Assembly (NCBI GenBank): GCA_021613535.1
Contig: CP075493.1
Span: forward strand, 930,001-994,000
DNA: 64,000 bases
Direction of reading: 5' to 3'
From: Adineta vaga
Taxonomy: Eukaryota; Animalia; Rotifera
Numbering within the stretch: the first letter of the stretch is position 1; each line of letters starts with the position of its first letter. A model generated the notes under the pieces. That model had not been told where the DNA came from, did no database searches, and was given only the letters and a program-made list of their open reading frames with translations. This document shows, in pieces, positions 62,896-64,000 of this stretch. A program made the position numbers and the translations under genes.

Positions 62896-63394
62896 TCTTT
62901 GTAATCTTGAGAAAGATTTTGTGAAAGTAAATGTGAAAGATATATCGTGAAGAGATTTTCTATCTATTCAAGTTAATAATGTTACGAGATACTTTTATGA
63001 AAAGAAAATAGTTTTAATTCAATTTCCGATAGAAACTCAAAATATATTAATTAAAATGTCTTAAGTTCAGTGATGTGTAGTATCTTGCCTATTGTTTGTA
63101 AATGAATGTTTTCTCCTTATCATCTGCTGATAGCGTGTTAGAGATTCATACATCATTACGAGAGCACAGTATGGTAATATGTTTCAAATGATAGAAATAT
63201 GAACTTATTTACCTTGAAGGTGTGGGTGTAGATGATTAGCTAATCCTCGCCTCACACCAATATACACTCTCAATATACATATTTCTTTGAATAATTTAAT
63301 AAATGATAAAAATATACAAATCGAATGCACAATGTTTAAGAAAAATCATTATTTTCTTTTTCTTTTCTACAATTATAAATATTCAAACTAAAAA

Positions 63395-64000
63395 TTATGT
63401 TTTAATTTCGAACATTCGTACATTATGATCCCATTGATTTGCGACATAGAGATTACCGTGCAGATCAAATGCCAAGCTAATAGGATGATTCAATTGTTTA
63501 TTTTGATCCTGTTGACCAATGATGACATGTGCTGGAGTTCCATCTTGTGGCCAACACATTACTCGATGATTTTCCCAATCAGTAACATAAGTATTATTCC
63601 AAGGATCAACAACAACTTTTCCAGGTGAGGATAAATGTTGAAGACTATTTCCTTTAAGTTGATTACCAGCAACAATGATACCTTCTTTCGATCCTTCTTT
63701 CCACATCATTACACGATGATTTCTATCATCAGATACATAAATTGAATAATCTCGTCCAACAAAAATAAAAATAGGTCCATTTAATTGATCAAGTTGATTG
63801 CCTTTTCCATTACCACCAGCAACAACAATTCCTTGTGTATCATTTATTCTATATCGTTTAACTTGATTTTGTTGATAATCAGAAACATAGAGAAATCCTC
63901 TTTCATCAATTGCTAAACCATGACAATCAATATTTGAAATAATTGTTTCACCAGTTGCATTAGATTGAAGAGGCCATCGAACTACTCGTCTATTTTTATA
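63395..64000 (-). CDS. NHL-repeat beta-propeller protein, C-terminal part (start lies beyond the window)
   Basis: GIVVAGGNGKGNQLDQLNGP..IYVSDDRNHRVM, YVTDWENHRVM, LNHPISLAFDLHGNLYVA. Confidence 0.9.
   Translation of the reverse strand, partial: YKNRRVVRWPLQSNATGETIISNIDCHGLAIDERGFLYVSDYQQNQVKRYRINDTQGIVVAGGNGKGNQLDQLNGPIFIFVGRDYSIYVSDDRNHRVMMWKEGSKEGIIVAGNQLKGNSLQHLSSPGKVVVDPWNNTYVTDWENHRVMCWPQDGTPAHVIIGQQDQNKQLNHPISLAFDLHGNLYVANQWDHNVRMFEIKT

Overview
AT-rich eukaryotic genomic DNA with many 50-60 nt GT-AG introns. The gene families point to a bdelloid rotifer (Adineta/Rotaria-like): ART-TPR, NHL-repeat, intronless class A GPCRs, an alpha-kinase, Cys-rich 2-TM repeat proteins and many bacterial- or fungal-type genes. 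This assignment is inferred from gene content only. Apparently intact genes: a hevein+expansin-like (DPBB) secreted protein, a GH38 alpha-mannosidase, a GCC2/GCC3 Cys-rich membrane protein, a bacterial-type flavin monooxygenase, a divergent Rel-homology-like factor, two GPCRs, a membrane-anchored tandem DUF4394 protein, a three-module 2-TM protein, a small 8-Cys prepropeptide, an alpha-kinase and a partial NHL protein. Many pseudogenes are present (two ART-TPR, two HSL esterases, multicopper oxidase, DmpA, GDSL, truncated ERp29), plus a Tc1 relic carrying two nested MITEs. The most striking structure is an F-box-like/LRR gene built from 19 tandem 141-bp units (84-nt phase-0 LRR exon + 57-nt intron). 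Its amino-acid variation is concentrated at predicted ligand-facing LRR positions, making it a candidate modular, diversifying recognition system. Family assignments are from recalled motifs, not database searches.
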